DNA of 64,000 nt from a virus, in IMG/VR virus record IMGVR_UViG_3300026097_001455, positions 16,862 to 80,861 of that record. One strand, written 5' to 3'. The notes under the pieces are model-generated. The model saw nothing but the letters and a program-made list of their open reading frames with translations. It did not search any database and was not told the DNA's origin. The first letter of the stretch is position 1. Each line of letters opens with the position of its first letter. Below, piece by piece: positions 55,874-64,000 of this stretch. A program made the position numbers and the translations under genes.

Positions 55874-57151
55874 TTATTCTGGTATTTGACCAAGTATACT
55901 AGCGAGAGCTGCAGCAGCTGCAGCATACTTAACAGCCTTTTGAGCTGTATCGCTAACTCCTTGGAATAATTGAAACTTCTGTCTTAATTTTTCAACCCTT
56001 CTCTTTTGTTTTTCAATTGCTGTCCTAGCAAAATAGTTAGCAACAAGTCTTTTAAATTCCTTAATTGCCAACACAAGCAACAACCTAAGGAGCTCTTTAA
56101 GAAGGGCGTTTGCTAGACTCTTAAAAAAAGCCTGCTTCTGCTCTGGGTCTTGACTTGGGTTGTCAGCGCTATTCATAATAGCACAAGTTCCATAAGCAAT
56201 GCTAGACGCATCAATTCCAGCACCTGCAGTGGTTCCTTGAGTTAAATTGAATATCGGTCCTAGAAAGGGAAATATTAAAGAAGAGATGTAATTTAATAAT
56301 TTAACCAACATTATTTCATAAAAACTCTTTCCAACTGAATTTGCATTCTCTTCATTGTTTATGTTCTGAGTTTGATTCCTTACATATTGCACAGCAATCT
56401 GAAGACTTTGAGAAGGTGTTGGAACCTGTGTTGATTGAGTAAATTGACCGCCTCCATCAAAGAAATATCCAGGCTCTTCTGGAAGGGTTATTTTAACATC
56501 CTGACAACTGATTTCGAAAACTACCTCACCCGCCTCTAATTGTTGTCTAAGAGCAATTCTATTGTACTCGACATTCTCTTCCTTAACAATAGGGTCGCTT
56601 GATATGCTGAATATATTCTCTCCACAAATAGCTTCTTCAATAAGCCTATCTCTTTCTGATGGGTCTGGATTAAGAGACTCAGCAGCTGGGCCCTCCTTAG
56701 GGCCGAATATCATTAAGACTAAATTTTTAGCTAATTGCTGCTTTACTGTCTGTAAGAAAGTTGCAGGCACAAGACCTCTTAGATAAAGTCTGTTTGATTC
56801 TTTGTAATCTTCTATTTGTTGAGGTGTTGGGTTTGGTGTTACCGTGCTAGGAAGTTGCCTGCCTTGTTCTGCAAAAGAGTCTGCAACAGCGTCTAACACT
56901 TTTTCCTCTAAGAATGTTCCAGTTTCATCAAAAATCTTATCCAAAAAAAGATTGAATACAATCTCTGGGTCAACTCCTATTGCCTTAAGCACTTTGATCA
57001 AATAATCATAAGTTGATATTTGATCACCCTTAGGTATGTTAAGGTTTGTGTCAATAGGTATTGACAACAAGCTCTTCATTGACCCTATTTTAGAGGTCAA
57101 CTCTGCTTGTGCCTCAGTTAAAGGCGATGTTACTGGAATCTGTAATGCCAT
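55874..57151 (-). CDS. Helical hypothetical protein, probably virion-associated
   Basis: 425 aa with hydrophobic helices, in the late operon. Confidence 0.6.
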   Translation of the reverse strand: MALQIPVTSPLTEAQAELTSKIGSMKSLLSIPIDTNLNIPKGDQISTYDYLIKVLKAIGVDPEIVFNLFLDKIFDETGTFLEEKVLDAVADSFAEQGRQLPSTVTPNPTPQQIEDYKESNRLYLRGLVPATFLQTVKQQLAKNLVLMIFGPKEGPAAESLNPDPSERDRLIEEAICGENIFSISSDPIVKEENVEYNRIALRQQLEAGEVVFEISCQDVKITLPEEPGYFFDGGGQFTQSTQVPTPSQSLQIAVQYVRNQTQNINNEENANSVGKSFYEIMLVKLLNYISSLIFPFLGPIFNLTQGTTAGAGIDASSIAYGTCAIMNSADNPSQDPEQKQAFFKSLANALLKELLRLLLVLAIKEFKRLVANYFARTAIEKQKRRVEKLRQKFQLFQGVSDTAQKAVKYAAAAAALASILGQIPE

Positions 57152-57579
57152 TATTCTTCGTAGTTATCTTTTTCGTCTGTTACGTCTAAGTCTACATCGT
57201 CAATGTTGTCATCCTCATTCTCTCCAGTTTCATCCTTGATGGCGTCAATTATAGCTCTCTTATCGAGGTCATTAAAGTTTACATCAATAGATGAGTCTGC
57301 CCCATCCTTGTAGACAATAGTTTTGATTTCTTTAGCAAGAGCTGCAATAGAATCAGATGAATCTGATGCTTGCTTTAGAAAGGAAATAGCATTCTTACCC
57401 ATAAGTATAAAACTCTCGGATGTATCCATTTGCTCATCAGCCCTTCTATATCTATCGAGAGCCATATCTCTTTCTTCAAGCTTATACTTATAAACCTGCT
57501 TGATCAACTCTTGATAAAGGTCTTGAGTTGGGTCCATTCTTTCGTCCCCGCTATTATTTTGATTTTGATTATCGTCCAT
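57151..57579 (-). CDS. Hypothetical protein
   Basis: Late motif at 57602-57609. Confidence 0.65.
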   Translation of the reverse strand: MDDNQNQNNSGDERMDPTQDLYQELIKQVYKYKLEERDMALDRYRRADEQMDTSESFILMGKNAISFLKQASDSSDSIAALAKEIKTIVYKDGADSSIDVNFNDLDKRAIIDAIKDETGENEDDNIDDVDLDVTDEKDNYEE

Positions 57580-57624
57580 TGTTAACCATTTTTATTGTTT
57601 CTATAAATAGAAATTAGAAAAAAA

Positions 57625-57993
57625 CTATGGCAAACCGAGGATAAAGTCGTTTTTTATGAAAGAGTATATTTTTCTAAATTTGTAAAGTGAAAATTGAAAG
57701 TCCTCCTCTTCAAGGCCAGAGTAATCTAATAAATATTCTTTTATTTGCTTTGAGTTCCAAAAAGAAATATCGACATTAAGGGTGTCTAGATTTGATACTA
57801 ATTCTAAAATTGACTCCAAAACAACCCTATCAGCTTCCTCTTCTTCTGGTATTGCCTCTAATTCAAGGTCAAGTGTATCAATAAGAAAATTACAAAAGGA
57901 GACACAATTACCTTTATCTATCTCCTTTGTATCATCTGCAAATAATTCTTCAATTATACGCAAAAATATTTCTTTCTTAACTTTAAGTTCCAT
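57625..57993 (-). CDS. Acidic hypothetical protein
   Basis: 122 aa; related to the C-terminal part of the sigma-like gene (IKEHTNL..KDITYSLHRFK vs LLDYSGL..EDFQFSLYKFR). Confidence 0.6.
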   Translation of the reverse strand: MELKVKKEIFLRIIEELFADDTKEIDKGNCVSFCNFLIDTLDLELEAIPEEEEADRVVLESILELVSNLDTLNVDISFWNSKQIKEYLLDYSGLEEEDFQFSLYKFRKIYSFIKNDFILGLP

Positions 57994-57998
57994 GTCAT

Positions 57999-58919
57999 CT
58001 AGTATGTAAACATATCATCGTCATGACCGTAGTATTTATCCTGGTGCCTTTCAACAAACTCCTTCTTCTTGATCTTATATAATATCTTGAATCTGTGAAG
58101 GGAGTAAGTAATGTCTTTAGTCTCAAGGTTTGTATGCTCCTTAATTAACTTATATACAGTACTCTTAGTATATGCACCAATGATCTCATGATTTCGAAAA
58201 ATCTCTACTATCGCATCAGCAACCTTAGCATCATTCTTAGAAATATCTGGTCTATCTATTTCGTCTTCGAATATATCTGTAATGTATTCGAATAATGCGT
58301 AAGAGCTATCAAGGTCGGACTCTTCATCAATTTCGTATTGAGTCATTTCCTCAGCCTCGGAGCTATGATCTTCGTAGTTAAGAGAAGACTTGGTTTTTTT
58401 ATCCACAGCCTTCTTCTCATTTTGAAGATAATGCTTTGCTACAGTGCCATAAAAAGAAAAAGATTTTGTATTCTGATCTGGGTCAAAGTTACAGAATTTC
58501 TCTAAAACAAAAGACATGCAGTCGTTGTGGAGTGTCTTTACGTCAACTCCAGGTCTGAACAGTCTAAAGCTAAAGATAATATTCTCGACTAACCTAGTAA
58601 GTGGCTTGTAAATTTTGTTTCTGAATACCTCTTCTTTTTTAGCTATGATCTCTGGTCTCTTGGTGTGGTCCACCATGGACTGATTGATCGCTACAAAATC
58701 CTCATCAACCTCAAGAAATTTTTTATATCTCTTGGGATTTTTCCTATTTCGTTCAACGCTTTTTTCTACTTCTTCAAGATGTTTATCAATCTTATACTGA
58801 TAAAAATTGAAGTCGTTTTTAAGATATTCTCTTACCGCCTCTTCTGTCTCTTCGGTCCAATATTCTCTCTTCTTTTTTGCTGGCTTTTCCTTATTATGCT
58901 TTTTGTGGCTCTTGCTCAT
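57999..58919 (-). CDS. RNA polymerase sigma factor, T4 gp55-like late sigma
   Basis: Start moved to ATG 58919; YWTEETEEAVREY...LVENII...DCMSFVLEKFCNFDPD..KSFSFYGTVAKHY region-2 pattern. Confidence 0.7.
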   Translation of the reverse strand: MSKSHKKHNKEKPAKKKREYWTEETEEAVREYLKNDFNFYQYKIDKHLEEVEKSVERNRKNPKRYKKFLEVDEDFVAINQSMVDHTKRPEIIAKKEEVFRNKIYKPLTRLVENIIFSFRLFRPGVDVKTLHNDCMSFVLEKFCNFDPDQNTKSFSFYGTVAKHYLQNEKKAVDKKTKSSLNYEDHSSEAEEMTQYEIDEESDLDSSYALFEYITDIFEDEIDRPDISKNDAKVADAIVEIFRNHEIIGAYTKSTVYKLIKEHTNLETKDITYSLHRFKILYKIKKKEFVERHQDKYYGHDDDMFTY

Positions 58920-59856
58920 AAATCTTTTCTCTATCTTGGTCAAAGAAATATTCCTTTTTAGCGAGCTCCATCCAGAAGTGAATTTCGTCATTAGACAACC
59001 CACCTTTATCTGGTTCAATAGCACCTAAGTTATTAGGAATTTTAGAAGATGAGTGGCTAAACTCCTCTACATCTTTTACTCTAAAATCGTAACCAACTCT
59101 TGGAACAGTCATAACTTTAATATCGTTATAGATCATTCTCAAGAAAAATTCGTAGTAATTGCTAACTTTGAAGCTTTCCTTCATAGGGTAATATCTCCCA
59201 TCCTTCTCCTCACTATATTCTTCAAGTTCTTCAACTCTGTAAACACCAGCTAGAGGGTTAGCACAGTTGTACTTTAGAAGCAAGTTCATATCAAACTTAC
59301 CAGCTTCTTCAGAGAAGCCTTCAGCCCAACAAGCATCGTTCATAAGTCCCATAACAGCACCGTTCTTCCAGTTTCTAACAAGCGGAAGGAAAAATCCTAC
59401 TTCTTCATTCTCTTGCATGTACTCATTGGCAATGTTATACCAATTAGCTCCAAGAGCATCATCAACTTCAACAACAGACATTCCTTCATACTCTCTTTCA
59501 AGAGCAATGTTAAATAGGTCGTTGAATACTTTTGAGAAGTTACTTGTCCCAGTCTTCACAATGTTAAGTTTAACACTTCCATTAGCTTCAATCTTATTCT
59601 CCTTAGGATTGCCATCTTCATCTGTTTCAATTGTAGTGACAACAGGTTTTTTTGCAATCTCTGTTAGCTTTTCTAATTCATCATTAGAAAGACCTCCATC
59701 AAGAACAACAATATCTACTGCGTGTATCTGATTTGCAAGACCGAAAAGACATCCATTAAGATCGTCTTCGTTCTTGATCTTGTCTAGGTAAAACCCTACA
59801 AGTATATTATTTTTTGAGTCCTTCAAGTTCTTTGATTCTTTCATCTCTGTATTCAT
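58894..59856 (-). CDS. GT-A / GT2-like glycosyltransferase (divergent)
   Basis: CLFGLANQ...DIVVLDGG...VVEVDD...YEFFLRM. Confidence 0.65.
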   Translation of the reverse strand: MNTEMKESKNLKDSKNNILVGFYLDKIKNEDDLNGCLFGLANQIHAVDIVVLDGGLSNDELEKLTEIAKKPVVTTIETDEDGNPKENKIEANGSVKLNIVKTGTSNFSKVFNDLFNIALEREYEGMSVVEVDDALGANWYNIANEYMQENEEVGFFLPLVRNWKNGAVMGLMNDACWAEGFSEEAGKFDMNLLLKYNCANPLAGVYRVEELEEYSEEKDGRYYPMKESFKVSNYYEFFLRMIYNDIKVMTVPRVGYDFRVKDVEEFSHSSSKIPNNLGAIEPDKGGLSNDEIHFWMELAKKEYFFDQDREKIYEQEPQKA

Positions 59857-61036
59857 TTAAAAGTGCAATAATTGTTTCTTTCTCACCCTCAACCGTGTAG
59901 TTTGAAAGTGTATTTTCATATTTCTCTTGTATCTCTGGATTGTCCATTTCTCCATTAAGCCATTTGTCAATAGCAAGTCCAAGAACTTCTGCTGTCTGGA
60001 AGATGTCTCCATTGTTACACCAGAAACCATTCTCCTGGTTCATGTACTCCTTACCTCCAAATGAAGCCCATCCAATTGTATGAGTTCCACAAGCCATTGC
60101 TTCTAGTGGTGCTGTACCAAATCCTGCAATGTCATCTGTATAAAGATAGAATGCACATGACGAAAGTCTTTCTGCAAATTGATCTCTATCCATTCCCTCA
60201 AGCTCTTGGAATCTAATCCACTTAAGATGTGGGTAGAATGCATAAAATGTCTTGATTATGTTATAAGTCTTAAGCTTATTCTCTGGTCCTCTTGAGGCTG
60301 AGAATGCTACCATAGGCAACTTATCAGACTTCTTCTCAGGAACTTTGAAATACTCTCTGTTTATTCCTTGCTTAAATTGCTTAACGTTTAGCCCAGGCAT
60401 AACAGAACTTAAATATTCTGTAATAGCATCTGAAACAGAGATCACATCTCTAATTCCAAAGTGTTGCCACTTTTCTCCTGGCTGCATAGCGTTAAGTACG
60501 TAGAACCAACTCTGAGCAAACACAATTCTCTTACAAGATACTTGCATTGTCTTCTTCATTAGGTCAGGGAATCCTTCTGGGATTAGTAAGAAGTCTTCTG
60601 GCTTAACGCTAAGTGGAGTACATTGTACTCTGTTAGCTTTTATTTCATTACCCTTCTTATCAACTACCTCCTTATCGTTGAAGTATATCTCCTTATCTCC
60701 TAGAGGAACAATATCAATGTCAGAAACATCAAAGTCTGTCCACGTTGGGTCAAACTTGTCAAATACATTGACTTCTTTCTTTAACTTCATTGAAGCTTCG
60801 TATGAAGCTCTTTGATCTTGTCTTGGCTCATAGACAACAACAACTTTTTTCCCGTTGTCTTTTAGGTTTCTTGCAGCTCTTAGCAATACACCAATACCAC
60901 CACTAGGTGAGTTCATTGGTGGGCAATAGATATACGTTGTATACTCATCGCCTCTCAGTTTACTAATAGCGTCATCAACTATTTCATTGTGAGTTGGCTG
61001 TTTAACCTCCTCTTGTACTTCAGCATTTTTTTCCAT
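59807..61036 (-). CDS. GT-B / GT4-like glycosyltransferase
   Basis: PSGGIGVL...ISVSD...AGFGTAPLEAMACGT. Confidence 0.85.
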   Translation of the reverse strand: MEKNAEVQEEVKQPTHNEIVDDAISKLRGDEYTTYIYCPPMNSPSGGIGVLLRAARNLKDNGKKVVVVYEPRQDQRASYEASMKLKKEVNVFDKFDPTWTDFDVSDIDIVPLGDKEIYFNDKEVVDKKGNEIKANRVQCTPLSVKPEDFLLIPEGFPDLMKKTMQVSCKRIVFAQSWFYVLNAMQPGEKWQHFGIRDVISVSDAITEYLSSVMPGLNVKQFKQGINREYFKVPEKKSDKLPMVAFSASRGPENKLKTYNIIKTFYAFYPHLKWIRFQELEGMDRDQFAERLSSCAFYLYTDDIAGFGTAPLEAMACGTHTIGWASFGGKEYMNQENGFWCNNGDIFQTAEVLGLAIDKWLNGEMDNPEIQEKYENTLSNYTVEGEKETIIALLNEYRDERIKELEGLKK

Positions 61037-61122
61037 GAAACTATATTTATTTCTATTAATTTAAAGTGTTAAGCGTATCGAAATAAATATATGAAGGCAT
61101 CTGAGCAAAATAAATAGTTTTC

Positions 61123-61160
61123 AAAAAAAAAAGGGCCAAGACAAAAAGTCTTGACCCCTT
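61123..61160 (-). terminator. Intrinsic terminator
   Basis: aagggccaagac/gtcttgacccctt stem with a long A tract. Confidence 0.6.
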
Positions 61161-61180
61161 ATAGTTTAAGAATCTGTGAA

Positions 61181-62059
61181 TTAAGCGTTGTCCTCAGAGT
61201 TATCTTCAGACGTTTCTGTTTTCACATTTGATATATCTTCTGTAATAGTATTACCATCAACTACACTTGACATAAATGATGTATTATCAAGATTCATAGA
61301 ATCAAAAGTAACATCTGAACCAGATGCGGCTGCAGTAGCCTTAGCTTTCTTATATATTCTACTATTAGAATTTGCCCTTGTAGTCACTGCCAAAGACAAT
61401 GTGTTATAAGCAGCTGTTGTACCTCTGTTAGTAGAAGAGTAGTTTACAACGTTTCCAGCACCGATACCAAAGTTCCTCGCTGTAAGAACAGAATCTTGAT
61501 TGGCTCCCATGAAACTAAATGTCCATGAACCATCTTCTTCAAGCTCTTCAACCATGTTCTTGATAGATTTAGATGTATGCTCCTTAGAAGCATTTTCTCC
61601 ACCATCTGTCATAACAACTACAAGTGCAGTCGAGATGTTGTCTTCTTTCTTATTCTTTTTAGCAATAGTTGCTTTAAGATTAGAAATACCAACACCCATT
61701 GCATCATGAAGTGCAGTTGAACCTCTTGGCGGAAACTCTGTTCCATCAAAATCATCAATTTTCTTGATTGCTCTGTCCTCGAACACTGTTGTGATCTCGT
61801 AGTCAAATACTACAAGAGTAACATAGTACCTTTGTTCTGGATACTCTTCTTCGAGTGATCTAATTGTTGCGAGTTGCTCGTTGAGCCCCTCAATTGTAGA
61901 ATCCCAGCATGAACTCATTGAACCACTCCTGTCGAGTACCAATAAGTAATGCGTGTCTAAGTTTTTGTCTACTGTTGTGGTCGTAGTAACCGTGGTAGTT
62001 GTTACTGTTTTTTTAGTAACATTCTTACCACCTTTCTTTGCTTTGTTTTTCTTAGCCAT
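61181..62059 (-). CDS. von Willebrand factor A domain protein
   Basis: MIDAS motifs LVLDRSGSMS, STALHDA, VMTDGGENAS; FMGANQD. Confidence 0.9.
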   Translation of the reverse strand: MAKKNKAKKGGKNVTKKTVTTTTVTTTTTVDKNLDTHYLLVLDRSGSMSSCWDSTIEGLNEQLATIRSLEEEYPEQRYYVTLVVFDYEITTVFEDRAIKKIDDFDGTEFPPRGSTALHDAMGVGISNLKATIAKKNKKEDNISTALVVVMTDGGENASKEHTSKSIKNMVEELEEDGSWTFSFMGANQDSVLTARNFGIGAGNVVNYSSTNRGTTAAYNTLSLAVTTRANSNSRIYKKAKATAAASGSDVTFDSMNLDNTSFMSSVVDGNTITEDISNVKTETSEDNSEDNA

Positions 62060-62160
62060 CTTGGTAAGTTTTTAAAATTAATAAATAAAGAACGTGTGGG
62101 GCGTTTCCCCACTGTAAATATATGTAAAAAAATTTTACCAGAAAAGCAAGAGATAATAAA

Positions 62161-62883
62161 TTATCCCTTAACTTCTTTCTTTCCAGTAAAGACTTCTTCC
62201 AAAAATTCTGGAGTAACATCTGTAATAGAACTAAACGAATGCTCAACCTTATCCCACTGATTGAAGTCGTGTTCTATTTTAATTACAGTCTTACCCTTTG
62301 GGACATCTTGAATTACCTCTGGTACGCAATCAATAATTACGTCACAGTGCTCCCATTTTTCATAATCCTCATCTACAACCTGGAAGTCCCTGACTCTACA
62401 GGCGTTTTTAGATAAGAAATGAAACGTAGCTGGAATAGCTGGGCTCTTAACGCTTGTTATAACTTTTGTCTTAAACAATTTGTTTCTAAGCCCATATGAT
62501 TGAATCTTATTGATAGTATCACAAGCTCTCTCATATTCTTCAGCCTGACCAAATACTTGAAATGGGTACTTCTTGTACAAGAATTCATCAAGCGCATCTT
62601 TTGGCATAAGAACAGTTTCTCCATCAAGAGCAATTGATTCTTCAAACTTATAGTGGTTTGTTAAATCGTATGAATCTATAGGAAGAGAGATTGACTCCTT
62701 TTCTTTTAAAGCGATCTTTTTCTCAAGCTCTTCCCAATCTTCTTCTGTTCTCTCTTTAACAGTCATGTCCTGGTTCATCTCAACGTGATTTGGGTTGTTG
62801 ATGTAAACCTTTCTGTAATGCTTGTCAAATTGTGAGTGCATGTCCCTTAGCACTCCGTCTATACTTATACCTAGTGTTTTCAT
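62161..62883 (-). CDS. HAD-superfamily 5'(3')-deoxyribonucleotidase-like protein
   Basis: LGISIDGVLRD (degenerate DxD), ITS, CDVIID, FNQ. Confidence 0.6.
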   Translation of the reverse strand: MKTLGISIDGVLRDMHSQFDKHYRKVYINNPNHVEMNQDMTVKERTEEDWEELEKKIALKEKESISLPIDSYDLTNHYKFEESIALDGETVLMPKDALDEFLYKKYPFQVFGQAEEYERACDTINKIQSYGLRNKLFKTKVITSVKSPAIPATFHFLSKNACRVRDFQVVDEDYEKWEHCDVIIDCVPEVIQDVPKGKTVIKIEHDFNQWDKVEHSFSSITDVTPEFLEEVFTGKKEVKG

Positions 62884-62927
62884 TATTCTATTTTTTTCCT
62901 TCTTATCTTGAGTTAAATGAGTGTAAA

Positions 62928-63167
62928 TTATATATCTAAATAATATTTCCCATCAACTAAAACTCCGCTTACCATTTGTGTATCCGAGTATTCTCCGTCA
63001 TGACCCTCTTCAAGTGCTTCCTCCACCTCTTCTTTATCATCAAAACAAAGTTTTACATCATTTGTGTAATCCCACAACTTTCTTATCGAAATCTCATGAA
63101 ATGCAGCATAATCTCCTGACATTCTAACTGCTACTTCTACTTTTTGTACTTCTTTTTTCTCTGACAT
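62928..63167 (-). CDS. Hypothetical protein
   Basis: 79 aa. Confidence 0.6.
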   Translation of the reverse strand: MSEKKEVQKVEVAVRMSGDYAAFHEISIRKLWDYTNDVKLCFDDKEEVEEALEEGHDGEYSDTQMVSGVLVDGKYYLDI

Positions 63168-63230
63168 ATATTATAAATTACTTTTATGATTAAATATAAG
63201 AAGGATGATTTTTAAAATAAATGTTTTTAT

Positions 63231-63261
63231 AAAAAAGGCTAGAGATGTACCCTAGCCTTTT
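63231..63261. terminator. Intrinsic terminator
   Basis: aaaaggctag...ctagcctttt. Confidence 0.7.
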
Positions 63262-63300
63262 GTAGACAAACAAATATATTATGAACTACTATTTGTTATC

Positions 63301-64000
63301 TTAAATGAATGTGGTAAACTCTCCCTCATGGAAACTAATCAACTGAGCCTTACCGTTAGGGTGTATAATCGAATGCGCCTGCATCCACCTACTTGGTCCT
63401 ATGTTGTATCCAACTCTTAAGAATGTTGATGTTCCTACTTGTACTACTCCGTCCTTACGACAAGGAGAGTGAGAGTGACCGATAACCATTTTCGTATTTA
63501 GTTTTCTAAACTGATTAATAGAACCTCTACTTCCGCTTGCTCCAATATCTCCATGTTGACCAAGCTCCCAGTCATGAACTCTATAACTGTCGCTTCTTCC
63601 AAGTGTCTTCATATTAGGATACCTCTCGTTAATAACGTGGGGAATTATTCCGTTTGGAGCTTTTCTCTCAAGAAGCAGTGAAGCGAATTTCATGTAAGCA
63701 AGAGAGTTTTTCATAGTAGACGCTTTCCTCCAATCAATTCTCTTAAGCCATCTATCTAGGAAATCATCATGATTACTTCTTACGATAATCGTGTTATACT
63801 TTTCAAACGGCTTCAAGCCATTTAGCATATACTCTATTTCTTTGTTTAGATCATTTCGACCTTCAAGCTCCTTATGGTACTGAGCAAATGGGTCCTTCTC
63901 ATCGTGGTGACTTATCGAGTGTCCATCAAAGACATCATGTAGCACAACTGTTTCTGGCTTTAATTTCTTAAATAGATGATTGAGGGTTGCGTCCATAACA
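63301..64000 (-). CDS. Calcineurin-like metallophosphoesterase (T5 A1-like), 5' end probably beyond the window
   Basis: LHDVFD, RSNHDDFL, GQHGD, IGHSHSP. Confidence 0.7.
   Translation of the reverse strand, partial: VMDATLNHLFKKLKPETVVLHDVFDGHSISHHDEKDPFAQYHKELEGRNDLNKEIEYMLNGLKPFEKYNTIIVRSNHDDFLDRWLKRIDWRKASTMKNSLAYMKFASLLLERKAPNGIIPHVINERYPNMKTLGRSDSYRVHDWELGQHGDIGASGSRGSINQFRKLNTKMVIGHSHSPCRKDGVVQVGTSTFLRVGYNIGPSRWMQAHSIIHPNGKAQLISFHEGEFTTFI

Noticed and set aside
1040-62645. Numerous 60-200 aa S/F/L-rich ORFs overlapping larger genes
   Set aside because: Composition is typical of antisense or off-frame shadows of K/E-rich genes, with no leaders or motifs.
1-64000. CRISPR array, tRNA or rRNA genes
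   Set aside because: No regularly spaced direct repeats or cloverleaf signatures seen; intergenic spaces are short. tRNAscan was not run.
1-64000. Stop-codon reassignment, as in some Bacteroidota phages
   Set aside because: Long conserved genes are intact in the standard code, and TAG/TGA stops fall at plausible gene ends.

Overview
AT-rich, gene-dense 64 kb segment of a large contractile-tailed (jumbo-type) dsDNA phage, read in the standard genetic code. The host is most likely Bacteroidota: TAnnTTTG promoters, A-rich leaders without Shine-Dalgarno sites and a DUF4494 gene point that way. 1-25 kb holds small acidic probable head-associated proteins, two PcfJ-like proteins, a spanin-like protein, an amidase endolysin, IF-3, an HNH/DotN-like protein, an SNF2 helicase, a PD-(D/E)XK nuclease and a WYL protein. 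26-31 kb holds a fused SbcD-SbcC, a primase and a RuvC-like resolvase. 31-57 kb holds tail and baseplate genes on both strands, with a CinA/PncC gene inserted among them. 58-64 kb holds a gp55-like sigma factor, two glycosyltransferases, and vWA, HAD and phosphoesterase genes. Most notable: (1) an integron-like mini cassette array with two attC-like sites at 25.3-25.7 kb, where one site supplies the start codon of the cassette gene; (2) a [ST][GA]x[ST] motif recurring across virion proteins near phage glycosyltransferases; (3) a shared amphipathic tag on many unrelated proteins; (4) a TATTTAT late-promoter motif, the reverse complement of the T4 late promoter. All family calls come from motif recognition by eye; no database searches were run.
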